46,779 bases of DNA from Clostridiales bacterium CCNA10 (GTDB lineage Bacteria > Verrucomicrobiota > Kiritimatiellia > RFP12 > UBA1067), in NCBI GenBank assembly GCA_963618935.1, contig CAVEVC010000107.1:1-46779 (forward strand), given 5' to 3'. How positions within the stretch are numbered: the first letter of the stretch is position 1; each line of letters begins with the position of its first letter. A program made the translations under genes and the position numbers. Of this stretch, positions 1 through 7,689 are shown piece after piece. Under the pieces are notes generated by a model. It searched no databases and was not told the origin of the DNA. It saw only the letters and a list, made by a program, of their open reading frames with translations.

Positions 1-182
1 CTACCATGACGGCACATTATACCGAAAAGACGGCGACGGCGGGGCGCCCAGGCGGCGACCGGGCCTTCCAGGGAGCCCGGTCGTATTAGCTTGGGCCGCC
101 GATCCGCCTCAAAGTCGGTTTTCCACTAACTTTGGAGTAGAGCCAAAATTAGCGATTCGCCATTGCGGTGCAATGCACTTTG

Positions 183-191
183 TGATACAAT
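183..191 (+). promoter_or_regulatory. Extended -10 promoter element TGaTACAAT upstream of the DUF4160 gene
   Basis: tgTGaTACAAT lies 48 nt upstream of the ATG at 239. It matches the TGnTAnnnT motif seen before many genes in this window. Confidence 0.4.
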
Positions 192-238
192 GCGCGGCAT
201 CCACGACCCAATTGGGGAAAAGGAAAGGACGAAAGGCA

Positions 239-505
239 ATGGCGACGCTCGCGATGTTCAAGGGCATATTCATCAAGATGAAGCCCGAAAAGAATGTGAA
301 GCACCACCGTGCGCACATCCATGCAACGTATCAGGGGAAAGAGGCCACGTTCGACATCCTGACCCGCAAGAAGCTCAACGGCTCGTTCCCGCCGGACCAG
401 ACGTACCATGTGCAGTCGTTCATCGCATCGCACGAGGCGGAACTCCTCGCGAACTGGGAATCGATCAACAGTGAAAACGGAAGATACTATCCGATCAACG
501 TTTGA
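239..505 (+). CDS. DUF4160 family protein (TA-like small protein)
   Basis: MATLAMFKGIFIKM...HHRAHIHATYQGKEATFDI...HEAELLANWE follows the DUF4160 pattern (F-GI-I-M, PH-HA-Y-g-EA, eLL-nWe). The ATG at 239 is preceded by a GGAAAGGA RBS. The track start at 173 only adds 22 unconserved residues. Confidence 0.8.
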   Translation: MATLAMFKGIFIKMKPEKNVKHHRAHIHATYQGKEATFDILTRKKLNGSFPPDQTYHVQSFIASHEAELLANWESINSENGRYYPINV

Positions 506-515
506 GGGTGCGGCA

Positions 516-1109
516 ATGAAGGCATACAGGCTCATAGCGATAGAGGTCGCGGACGGGCGGCAGGTGCGCGGCAGGCGTCGCGCCCTGGAGACCGCGCTTG
601 GCGTATTCTCCACGGTCGCAAAGGCCGAGGGGATGGTGCGCATCCATGCCGACAGAGTGAAGGGGGCCGTGCAGATGCTGGGCTATGCGCTATATGAGAA
701 CGACATGGACGACATTGCTCCGCACGGCCCGTGGAAGGATACGCCGGAGTTCCTTTCAGCCAGGACGTATCTCGCAGACGGCTCGCCCAACGCCTTTTGC
801 GACTGCGACAGCGCATGCGAAAGGCAATGGCACGGACGCGATCCCTCGACAATACGCCACAGGCGCGGCGATTTCGTGAGCGTGTGGCACGGCGACACGA
901 TCAGCACGGAGCTCGTAGGCGAAACCCCGATCACCACGGATCGGAAGATCACCGGCGACTGGTCGGACGACTGCTACCTCACATATGTGGCCGACGGCGG
1001 GCATGAACACCCATTCTCCCCCTATGTATTTCCGCTCGTCGGCAGACTGACGGCAGACGTGAGGGCGAGACTTGAGGCGGCGCGTGACAACGACGTGGCG
1101 GGCGATTGA
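516..1109 (+). CDS. Hypothetical protein, 197 aa, non-canonical partner of DUF4160
   Basis: The ATG at 516 lies 10 nt after the DUF4160 stop (MKAYRLIAIEVADGRQ...). I recognise no family. It is about twice the length of the usual DUF2442 partner. It is Cys/His/Asp-rich in the middle (CDCDSACERQWHG). Confidence 0.6.
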   Translation: MKAYRLIAIEVADGRQVRGRRRALETALGVFSTVAKAEGMVRIHADRVKGAVQMLGYALYENDMDDIAPHGPWKDTPEFLSARTYLADGSPNAFCDCDSACERQWHGRDPSTIRHRRGDFVSVWHGDTISTELVGETPITTDRKITGDWSDDCYLTYVADGGHEHPFSPYVFPLVGRLTADVRARLEAARDNDVAGD

Positions 1110-1136
1110 CCTTACGGAAAGGACAAATTACGCGAG

Positions 1137-1361
1137 ATGGCCGGGCAACATGATACTCACAAGCATCAGATTGCTGTGAAGTTTCCTCACCGCATTTGGC
1201 GGCAGATTGAAAAGGCTGCCGAACCAAAGGACATGACACCAGGGGAGTACATTCGCTTAGTTGTCGTGAACGAAGTAGATTCAATTCCCCTTACTGCAAG
1301 GGATGCGCGAATCATTGCAGACCGAATCGCCAGCGCAGAACGGAAAGGGAGAATGGTATGA
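1137..1361 (+). CDS. Ribbon-helix-helix (CopG/Arc-like) DNA-binding protein
   Basis: HQIAVKFPHRIWRQIEKAAEPKDMTPGEYIRLVVVNEV has the beta-strand/helix/helix layout of RHH antitoxins and repressors. Its stop overlaps the next ORF as ATGA. Confidence 0.7.
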   Translation: MAGQHDTHKHQIAVKFPHRIWRQIEKAAEPKDMTPGEYIRLVVVNEVDSIPLTARDARIIADRIASAERKGRMV

Positions 1362-1708
1362 GCGGTACTGCAATCGCATTCGATGGGCATGGGGCGGGAA
1401 GAAAATCGCGGAATCAATCTGACAGGAACGGACTCATGAAAGTGAAGTTGACGGACTGGAACATCCAGGACTACCTCAAGACGCCGGAGGACAGGGCGCT
1501 CTACCTTGAAGCCGCCATCGAGGAGGCCGACAGAAACGGCGACATGGACCTTCTCGCCGCGGCATTCGGCGACGTCGCGCAATCCGCAGGCGGCGGGAAG
1601 GTCGCCGAGTTCATGGCCGGCATATCGACCGGCATCAAGGCGATGCTGTCTAACATGCCTCAGACGGCGAGGCGCAAGCCAGCAAGGCGCGAGGCGGCCA
1701 CGGCGTGA
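1358..1708 (+). CDS. HigA-like addiction-module antidote protein (TIGR02684-like); alternative start 1436
   Basis: MKVKLTDWNIQDYLKTPEDRALYLEAAIEEADRNGDMDLLAAAFGDVAQ...VAEFMAGIS resembles the 'putative addiction module antidote' family (DYL-tpE---aYLeaAlEe-Dp-l---ALGdiAra). The ATGA overlap at 1358 argues for coupling to the RHH gene. The family-like part starts at M27 (1436). Confidence 0.6.
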   Translation: MSGTAIAFDGHGAGRKSRNQSDRNGLMKVKLTDWNIQDYLKTPEDRALYLEAAIEEADRNGDMDLLAAAFGDVAQSAGGGKVAEFMAGISTGIKAMLSNMPQTARRKPARREAATA

Positions 1709-1746
1709 CGTCGGCCACGGCGTGACGGCGGCCACGGCGTGACGGC
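1696..1746 (+). repeat. 17-bp tandem repeat x3 (GGCCACGGCGTGACGKC) spanning the stop codon of the HigA-like ORF
   Basis: Copies lie at 1696-1712, 1713-1729 and 1730-1746. The ORF's TGA (1706-1708) is inside copy 1. The unit length is not a multiple of 3. Confidence 0.9.
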
Positions 1747-1768
1747 GGCGGAGTGATTCGGCGGGAGA

Positions 1769-1984
1769 ATGGACAACAAGATGGCTAATATGCAAAGTCC
1801 AGAGAAGATACGGCTCGGCTTGTTGATTGACAGGCGAGTGGCCGCAAGGTTAGACAAGGCCGCAAGGTCTGCACATCTTTCACGAAATGCTTATGCAAAC
1901 GCCCTTCTCGACGACGCGCTTGCCGCCGTTCGCTTGACAGATGAAGAAAAGGTCCTGTCCGCACTTGCCGCGCTTCGCGGATGA
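1769..1984 (+). CDS. Ribbon-helix-helix (CopG-like) DNA-binding protein
   Basis: EKIRLGLLIDRRVAARLDKAARSAHLSRNAYANALLDDAL has an RHH-type strand-helix-helix layout. It is the last gene before the AT-rich island edge. Confidence 0.65.
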   Translation: MDNKMANMQSPEKIRLGLLIDRRVAARLDKAARSAHLSRNAYANALLDDALAAVRLTDEEKVLSALAALRG

Positions 1985-2112
1985 AATCAATAGAAAATCC
2001 GTAGAAAAACGCATGGCGAAAAGACGGCACAAACGCTAAAAACTCAATGCTGGAATACGTCAAAACAGCGAAAAATATGGCAGTTATAACTTAGAATTTA
2101 AGCTATCTGGAT

Positions 2113-2137
2113 GGGTTCAAATCCCTCCGCTCCGACC
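2113..2137 (+). other. tRNA 3'-end fragment (T-loop plus acceptor 3' strand), att-like scar
   Basis: GGGTTCAAATCCCTCCGCTCCGACC reads as T-stem GGG, T-loop TTCAAAT, T-stem CCCTC, acceptor CGCTCCG, discriminator A and CC. The upstream sequence supplies no matching 5' acceptor strand, D-arm or anticodon arm, so this is a fragment and not a gene. Confidence 0.65.
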
Positions 2138-2223
2138 TGTGGTTGACACCGATTTCCCGCCCATGCGAAGACCGCCTCGGCCACGCTTTCGGACGCGATC
2201 AGAAGCACGAGGTGGTAGCGCAC

Positions 2224-3258
2224 CTAACGTGCAGCGAAACCCATCTCGCGGATCCGCCCGAGCGCAATCCCCGCCTGGCGCGCCGTGAACGCGCCCTTCG
2301 ACGGTCCCCACGCGGCGAAGCCGCGCATTATGCCGTCAACATCCCATGCGCCCTCGCGCGTCACAAGCCAGTGGACGGACGCAAGTAGTTCCATGCCCTC
2401 CGGCGACTCGAAGCCCTCGCAGAGGTCGAGCACGCGCCGGATGCGGGCCGCCGTGCCGGGGCATTCCCCGAGAAACGATTCCGCCTCCTCCGACGCGCCG
2501 GGCACGAGCGAAAGCGGCTTGTCCGGGTTGTCCCCGCCGTCCAGGTAGCCGTATAGGAAATGCCCCTCGATGCGCCGGAGCACGTGCGTGAGGTTTTCCG
2601 CATAGGGCCCGTGCGGGGCCTTGACGAAATCAAGGCGCAGACGCTCACCGGCCTCCTGGAGGAAGTACATCAGCTTGTGGACTTCGAGAAGCGTCAGATA
2701 CGGGGCCATCATCGCACCGAGGTAGCGACGCGCAAGCTCGACGAGCGACGCACGGCCCGGCGTCATCGCGGGCGCGGAGGTCGTGACGGCGGAGAACTCG
2801 ACCGCGCCGTCCGGCTCGTGGACAACGAAGCGGCATCCATCCAACGCCGCAAGGCTCCGCTCGACGAGCGGCCTCACGTCGCGCCAGGAAAGACCGCCGA
2901 GGCCGCATCCGATCGGCGGCATGGAAAGCGAGCGGATGCCGAGACGCGCGACGACGCGGGCCAGGTCGTCAAGGCCCGCCGAGATGTCCTCGATCCGGCT
3001 TTTTCCACGCCAATGGCGCTTTGTCGGGAAGTTGACGATCCAGCGCGGCGCAACGAGGCATCCCGTATCATGGACGAACATCCGTCCGACACGCACCTCG
3101 CCGGTCTTGCACGCGGCCGCATACGCCTTGAAGTTGTCCGGGAATCGGTTCTTGAACTGGAGTGCGACGCCGCGCCCCATGACGCCGACGCAGTTCACCG
3201 TGTTGACGAGCGCCTCGCACCCGTCGTCGAAAAGACTGCCCTTTCGGAATTCGACCAT
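2224..3258 (-). CDS. darG: DarG antitoxin (macrodomain ADP-ribosylglycohydrolase with C-terminal DarT-binding domain)
   Basis: The N-terminal macrodomain shows LVNTVNCVGVMGRGVALQFK and PPIGCGLGGL. At 344 aa it fits the DarG size class. It sits 16 nt downstream of a DUF4433 gene. Confidence 0.85.
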   Translation of the reverse strand: MVEFRKGSLFDDGCEALVNTVNCVGVMGRGVALQFKNRFPDNFKAYAAACKTGEVRVGRMFVHDTGCLVAPRWIVNFPTKRHWRGKSRIEDISAGLDDLARVVARLGIRSLSMPPIGCGLGGLSWRDVRPLVERSLAALDGCRFVVHEPDGAVEFSAVTTSAPAMTPGRASLVELARRYLGAMMAPYLTLLEVHKLMYFLQEAGERLRLDFVKAPHGPYAENLTHVLRRIEGHFLYGYLDGGDNPDKPLSLVPGASEEAESFLGECPGTAARIRRVLDLCEGFESPEGMELLASVHWLVTREGAWDVDGIMRGFAAWGPSKGAFTARQAGIALGRIREMGFAAR

Positions 3259-3274
3259 CTCAGGACCTCCTCAT

Positions 3275-3901
3275 TCAGTAGTACCACTCCGGGACGGCTT
3301 CGACGCATACGCCCGCGGCACTCGCCCGCGACAACGCCTCCATCACTTCGCCGCGCACGCCGACGTCAAGGACGCCGATCCTCGACACGAGCGGAAACGG
3401 GACGCGGGCCTCCACAAGGAATTCTGCCTGCTTGCGCTCTACGCAGTTCCGCCAGTCCGTCGCGTTGATCGCCGCCCAGTCCAGCGCGGCAAGCCCTGCC
3501 ATGTCGCTTCCGAATTCAGCCGTCGCACTGCTCGCATTGCGGTCCGTGAACGCCGTACGGAGCCCCTGCGCATCCGCCCACCGCCTTACGGCCTCCGCCG
3601 CGAACTCAAGATGAAGGATCGGACGCTCCCCGCCATGATAGGACACATCCGGATGATTGCCACAATGGAGGATGTAGAGCATGACGGAGCGCGGACAGAA
3701 GTAGAACGGCACGCAGCCGCCGACGAAAAGACCCTCGTGACATGGCACGGGCTTGGAGAGACGGCGGGCCTTCACGTGACTCATCCCAATCGTCGTCCCC
3801 GTGCGTCCAAGGCGGCGGGCTTCGCCGTCCGCGTAGATGAATCCGTCGGCAACCATCGACGCAAGCCGATCAAGATGTACGATATGATAGATTGGCGTCA
3901 T
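3275..3901 (-). CDS. darT: DarT toxin (DUF4433 ssDNA ADP-ribosyltransferase)
   Basis: MTPIYHIVHLDRLASM, VPFYFCPRSVMLY and KQAEFLV are the DUF4433/DarT hallmarks. I use the ATG at 3901, because the track start at 3919 is a TTG. Confidence 0.85.
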   Translation of the reverse strand: MTPIYHIVHLDRLASMVADGFIYADGEARRLGRTGTTIGMSHVKARRLSKPVPCHEGLFVGGCVPFYFCPRSVMLYILHCGNHPDVSYHGGERPILHLEFAAEAVRRWADAQGLRTAFTDRNASSATAEFGSDMAGLAALDWAAINATDWRNCVERKQAEFLVEARVPFPLVSRIGVLDVGVRGEVMEALSRASAAGVCVEAVPEWYY

Positions 3902-3934
3902 CGTGTCCAAGCATCTCAAAAGGACGCAGTGTGT

Positions 3935-3943
3935 ATCTTACCA
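3935..3943 (-). promoter_or_regulatory. Extended -10 element TGgTAAGAT upstream of darT
   Basis: The reverse complement of 3935-3943 is TGGTAAGAT, 33 nt upstream of the darT ATG. Confidence 0.4.
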
Positions 3944-4136
3944 CACCCCCCTCCACCGCGCAAGGGGCTTTCCAGTTTCCCGCCATTCTACCCAAGAACG
4001 ACATGCTACCATGCGGGTGGAAATGGCATGCGAATCGCGGAAACGCACGCTTCGGACACGCCTTGAAACCGAGCGTCCACGACCGTGCGGAACGCCCCGT
4101 AAACGGGGGCTTGCGGCGTTTAGGGCCTGAGGCCCG

Positions 4137-4626
4137 CTAGCGTAGGATGAGCGTCATGCCCCGGCTGTCGGAGAGGACGTCCAGGACGCCCGTGCCCGCG
4201 AAACGCGCGTCGTCCGTGTGCGCCGCGCCGCTCTCCAAACTGCCCCAGGTGCCGGTGGACTGGCGCACGCCGTCGAAGTAGAGGTCGCGGCATCTCTGCA
4301 CCACGCCCGCCGCCAGCTCCAGCACGCCGTCGCCCTCGATGTAGACGTCCGTCCGGCGCGGCGAGCGTGAGGCGCCCGCTCGTGACCTGCACGGTGCCCG
4401 ACGAGCAGCTGGCCGCCGTGAGGACGTGCGGGAACGTGTCCGCATACGCCGCATCGGAGTCGAGCGAGAGCCCGGCCCGGCCCGTGAACGCCACCTTGTT
4501 CGTGATGCCGATGTAGCGGACGCCCTCGCGCTGCTCGTTGTTCCATTTCGGCATCTCGTGGTTCTGCGCGATGTGGAGGAACGCGGGCGCGACAAGCGCG
4601 GCCCTCCCGAAGGCGGGTGGACGCAT
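4137..4626 (-). pseudogene. 5'-truncated, frameshifted remnant of a beta-strand-repeat surface/adhesin-like gene
   Basis: Two track ORFs join by a 1-nt frameshift near 4340. Frame 1 reads ...GTVQVTSGRLTLAAPDG. Frame 2 reads DVYIEGDGVLELAAG...GTWGSLESGAAHTDDARFAGTGVLDV...RGMTLILR. There is no signal peptide. The 5' end abuts the promoter of the divergent GH gene. Confidence 0.5.
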
Positions 4627-4637
4627 TCGGGGAAGTA

Positions 4638-4646
4638 TGCTAGAAT
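4638..4646 (+). promoter_or_regulatory. Extended -10 element TGcTAGAAT; probable leaderless start for the GH gene
   Basis: TGCTAGAAT ends 6 nt before the ATG at 4653, with no room for an SD. This geometry is typical of leaderless mRNAs. Confidence 0.45.
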
Positions 4647-4652
4647 GGGGGC

Positions 4653-7600
4653 ATGAAACATCTCCCTAGACTTGGGGCCGGGCTGGCCCTTCTGGCGCTT
4701 CCGGCGTTTTCCGCCGGGGCGGCCGCGACGAACAACCCCTACGGCGCGTGCGCGCACGTGACGCGCGGCGAGCCGGCGGCGCGCACCTGCGCGCTGATGC
4801 GCCAGGCCGGGCTCGGCTGGGTGCGCAGCGACTTCGACTGGCGGACCGTCGAGCGAAAGCCGGGCGAATGGGACTTCTCCCGGTTCGACGCCGTCGTCGC
4901 CGGCTGCGAGGCGAACGGCGTCCAGCTGCTGCCGATCCTCGGCTACTCCGTCCCCTGGGCGCATCCCGCGCACGACCACCTCGACGCCTGGGGCGAGTAC
5001 GTCCGGCGCGTCGTCACGCGCTACGGCCGCCGCCTCCCCGTCCTGGAGGTGTGGAACGAGCAGAACATCCAGGGGTTCTGGAAGGACCCGAACCCGACGA
5101 ACTACCTCGCCGTGCTACGCCGCACCTACGAGGTCGTCAAGGCGCACGACCCGTCGCTGCGCGTCGCGTTCGGCGGCACGGCCGGCGTCCCCTTCGGCTT
5201 CATCGAGGAGGTCTACCGCCTGGGCGGCGCCAAGTTCTTCGACATCATGAACGTCCACCCCTACACGCATCCGCGCGCGCCCGAGGGCGCGATGGACGCG
5301 AGCCTCGGAAAGCTGCGCGACCTGATGGCGCGCTACGGCGATGCGGAGAAGCCGCTCTGGATCACGGAGGTCGGCTGGCCGACGCACAAGTTCTCCATTC
5401 GCGGCGGCGACCTGCTGGCGGCGGGGCTCCGCGCCGCAGACCCCTCCAAGGCGGCGTGGCGGACGCTCTACGTGCCCGCGCACGCCGACGAGGCGTTCAG
5501 CCTCCAGGCCCTGCTCGACATCCTCCCGCCCGGCTCCACGGCGGAGAGCTGCCCGGCGGCGGCCCTCGCCGCCCGCCTCGCGCGGGGCGACGTCGACGCG
5601 GTTGTCTACCCCTTCTCAGAAGACTACGCGGCGGACAGCGTGGAGGCCGTGGCGGCGTTCGTCAAGGCCGGCGGCGTGCTCGTGGACTTCGGCGGCATGC
5701 CCCTGTGGAGCGCCTACAAAACGGATGCGCTCGGGCGGATGAAGCACGCCGCCAACCACCCCGCGTGGCAGGACCGCCAGCGCCTGCGCATCCACGAAGC
5801 CGCCTGGTGGACGGACAAGCGCTGCCCGGAGGCGATTCCCGTCGCGCCCACGCCCGCCGCCGCCGGCGTGAAGCCGCCCCCGCGCGGCTTCAAGGGCCAG
5901 CGCTTCCTCACCGCCCGCTTCCTCAAGCCGGGCGACACGTTCATCCCGCTCCTCACGGCGCAGACCAACGGGGTGGACCTCGCCGCCGCCGCCGTCTACA
6001 AGTTCAACAGCGACTACAAGGGCGCCGTCGTCGTCAGCGCGCTGATGGGGCGGAACGCGGGGACGAGCGACGAGGAACGCCAGGCGAGGATGGTGGCGCG
6101 GGCGCTCGGCATCGCCTTCGCGGCGGGCGTGGAGAACTTCTTCTGGTACGAGTTCACGCAGCCGGACGTCGACCCCACCGACCCGGAATCCTACTTCGGC
6201 ATCGTCCACGACAACTTCGCGCCCAAGCCCGCCTACGGCGCCTACTGGACGTTCGTCGACCAGCGCCCCGCCGGCTCCGTCCAGCGCCCCGGGCCCTGGC
6301 GCAGCGCCGACGGCCTCCTCTACTTCCCGCAGTGGACGCGCCCGGACGGGCGGGCGGCGGGGCTCGTCTGGACCGTCGGCAAGCCCGGCGAGCGGCGGCT
6401 CGTGTTCACGTCGGACCGCATGGAGTTCCGCGACGTCAAGGGCGCGCGGGTGCGCCCCAGGCGCGACGGCAACGCCTTCTTCCTGCCGCTTTCGGAATCT
6501 CCGCTCTACTTCGTGGGCGGCGCGCTGCAGGCGGACGCCTTCGCGGAGGCGGCGCTGCCCGTTGAGCCCGGCGAGGCCGCCGCCGCCTACCTGGAGCGTC
6601 TGCGCGAACGCGGCGCGGCGGCGCGGGCGGCCGATCCCCGAGCGACGGTGACGGGCGGCGGCGCCCACGCAGGGGACGACTTCGTGCAGGCGTTCCTCGC
6701 GCTCGGCGAGGCCGAGGAGGTCGACGCCTGGCAGGTCGCCGACCCGACGCCCGAGCGGGTCGCGCGCCTTCGGGCGGCGTTCGACGGCGCGGGCGGCAAG
6801 GCCGTGCGGCTCGTCGACCTCCAGGGGAAGCCGCTGGAGAAGCCCCTTCCCGCCCGCGAGTCGCGGTGGACGGGCACGCCGCCGGAGGCCCTGCTGGCCG
6901 CCGGGTCGGGGCGCGTCGCGCTCTTCGCGCCGGACGGGAAGATCCGCTGGTCGCGCACGGGCTGCGGGAACGTCCACCAGGTCCAGGAACACGGCGGATA
7001 CGTCTACTATTCGAACGGCGACCTCTACCGCTGCCGGCTGCCCGCGACGCGGGCCGAGCTCGTGTACCGTCCGCGCGCGCGGGCGGGCGGCGGCGTGCTC
7101 GGGTTCGAGGTGCAGCCCAACGGCGACATCGTGCTCGCGCTCAATGCGTCCGGCGAAATCGTTGAGCTCGACGGGAAGACGGGACGGGAGAAGGTGCGCT
7201 TCGCCATTGACGGCGCGCGGGCGGACGGGACGAAGCCGGGCGCGCACGCGCGCCTCAGGATGGTCCACAAGACGCCGGCGGGAACCTACCTCGTCTGCTG
7301 CGCCGGCGCGGCCGCCGTGCGCGAATACGGGGCCGACGGGCGCCTCGTGTGGGAGCAGGCCGCCCCCGCGTTCGCGTTCGACGCCCGCCGCCGGGCGAAC
7401 GGAAACACGCTCGTCGCGCACCTCACGGGCGTGACGGAATACACGCCCGACCACCGCGCCGTGTGGTCGTTCGCGTGCGCGGACGCGCCCGAACTCAACC
7501 TCGCCTCGCTCTGCGGCATCCAGGAACGGGCGGACGGCAGCCTCGTCGTCGGGACCTGGTCGAACGGCGCGCCGGACGCCACGCGGGCGACGGCGTTCGA

Positions 7601-7688
7601 GGTCACGCGCGACAAGCGCATCGTCTGGGCGCACTTCCCCGCGCTGGACCGCACCATGCTGACCGTCCAGCGCCTGCCGCCGAAGTGA
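4653..7688 (+). CDS. Secreted clan GH-A (beta/alpha)8 glycoside hydrolase (GH5/GH39-like) with C-terminal repeat/beta-propeller-like region
   Basis: It has a signal peptide (MKHLPRLGAGLALLALPAFSAG). VLEVWNEQN gives the acid/base N-E and LWITEVGWP the nucleophile E. The C-terminal part shows repeated strand-like segments (GGYVYYSNGDLYRC, GDIVLALNASGEIVELD). Confidence 0.75.
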   Translation: MKHLPRLGAGLALLALPAFSAGAAATNNPYGACAHVTRGEPAARTCALMRQAGLGWVRSDFDWRTVERKPGEWDFSRFDAVVAGCEANGVQLLPILGYSVPWAHPAHDHLDAWGEYVRRVVTRYGRRLPVLEVWNEQNIQGFWKDPNPTNYLAVLRRTYEVVKAHDPSLRVAFGGTAGVPFGFIEEVYRLGGAKFFDIMNVHPYTHPRAPEGAMDASLGKLRDLMARYGDAEKPLWITEVGWPTHKFSIRGGDLLAAGLRAADPSKAAWRTLYVPAHADEAFSLQALLDILPPGSTAESCPAAALAARLARGDVDAVVYPFSEDYAADSVEAVAAFVKAGGVLVDFGGMPLWSAYKTDALGRMKHAANHPAWQDRQRLRIHEAAWWTDKRCPEAIPVAPTPAAAGVKPPPRGFKGQRFLTARFLKPGDTFIPLLTAQTNGVDLAAAAVYKFNSDYKGAVVVSALMGRNAGTSDEERQARMVARALGIAFAAGVENFFWYEFTQPDVDPTDPESYFGIVHDNFAPKPAYGAYWTFVDQRPAGSVQRPGPWRSADGLLYFPQWTRPDGRAAGLVWTVGKPGERRLVFTSDRMEFRDVKGARVRPRRDGNAFFLPLSESPLYFVGGALQADAFAEAALPVEPGEAAAAYLERLRERGAAARAADPRATVTGGGAHAGDDFVQAFLALGEAEEVDAWQVADPTPERVARLRAAFDGAGGKAVRLVDLQGKPLEKPLPARESRWTGTPPEALLAAGSGRVALFAPDGKIRWSRTGCGNVHQVQEHGGYVYYSNGDLYRCRLPATRAELVYRPRARAGGGVLGFEVQPNGDIVLALNASGEIVELDGKTGREKVRFAIDGARADGTKPGAHARLRMVHKTPAGTYLVCCAGAAAVREYGADGRLVWEQAAPAFAFDARRRANGNTLVAHLTGVTEYTPDHRAVWSFACADAPELNLASLCGIQERADGSLVVGTWSNGAPDATRATAFEVTRDKRIVWAHFPALDRTMLTVQRLPPK

Positions 7689-7689
7689 T

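Larger units (their letters stand above)
1..2137. mobile_element. Distal end of an integrated genomic island (continues past window start), terminating at a tRNA 3'-end fragment
   Basis: GC drops: hand-counted 60-nt lines give about 52% at 1201-1260 and about 32% at 2041-2100, versus about 77% in purA at 22441-22500. The region is packed with small TA-like and DNA-binding genes, all on +. It ends at a 25-nt tRNA T-arm/acceptor fragment (2113-2137), the usual scar of tRNA-targeted integration. No integrase lies inside the window. Confidence 0.5.

Noticed and set aside
2040-2137. A complete tRNA gene
   Set aside because: Only the T-loop and the 3' acceptor strand are present. The upstream 70 nt are AT-rich and offer no complementary 5' acceptor strand, D-arm or anticodon arm.
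3892-4140. Small plus-strand ORFs (82 and 75 aa) in the darT-upstream intergenic region
   Set aside because: They have no RBS, no family resemblance and a biased composition. The region is better explained as the darT promoter plus the terminator hairpins of the remnant gene.
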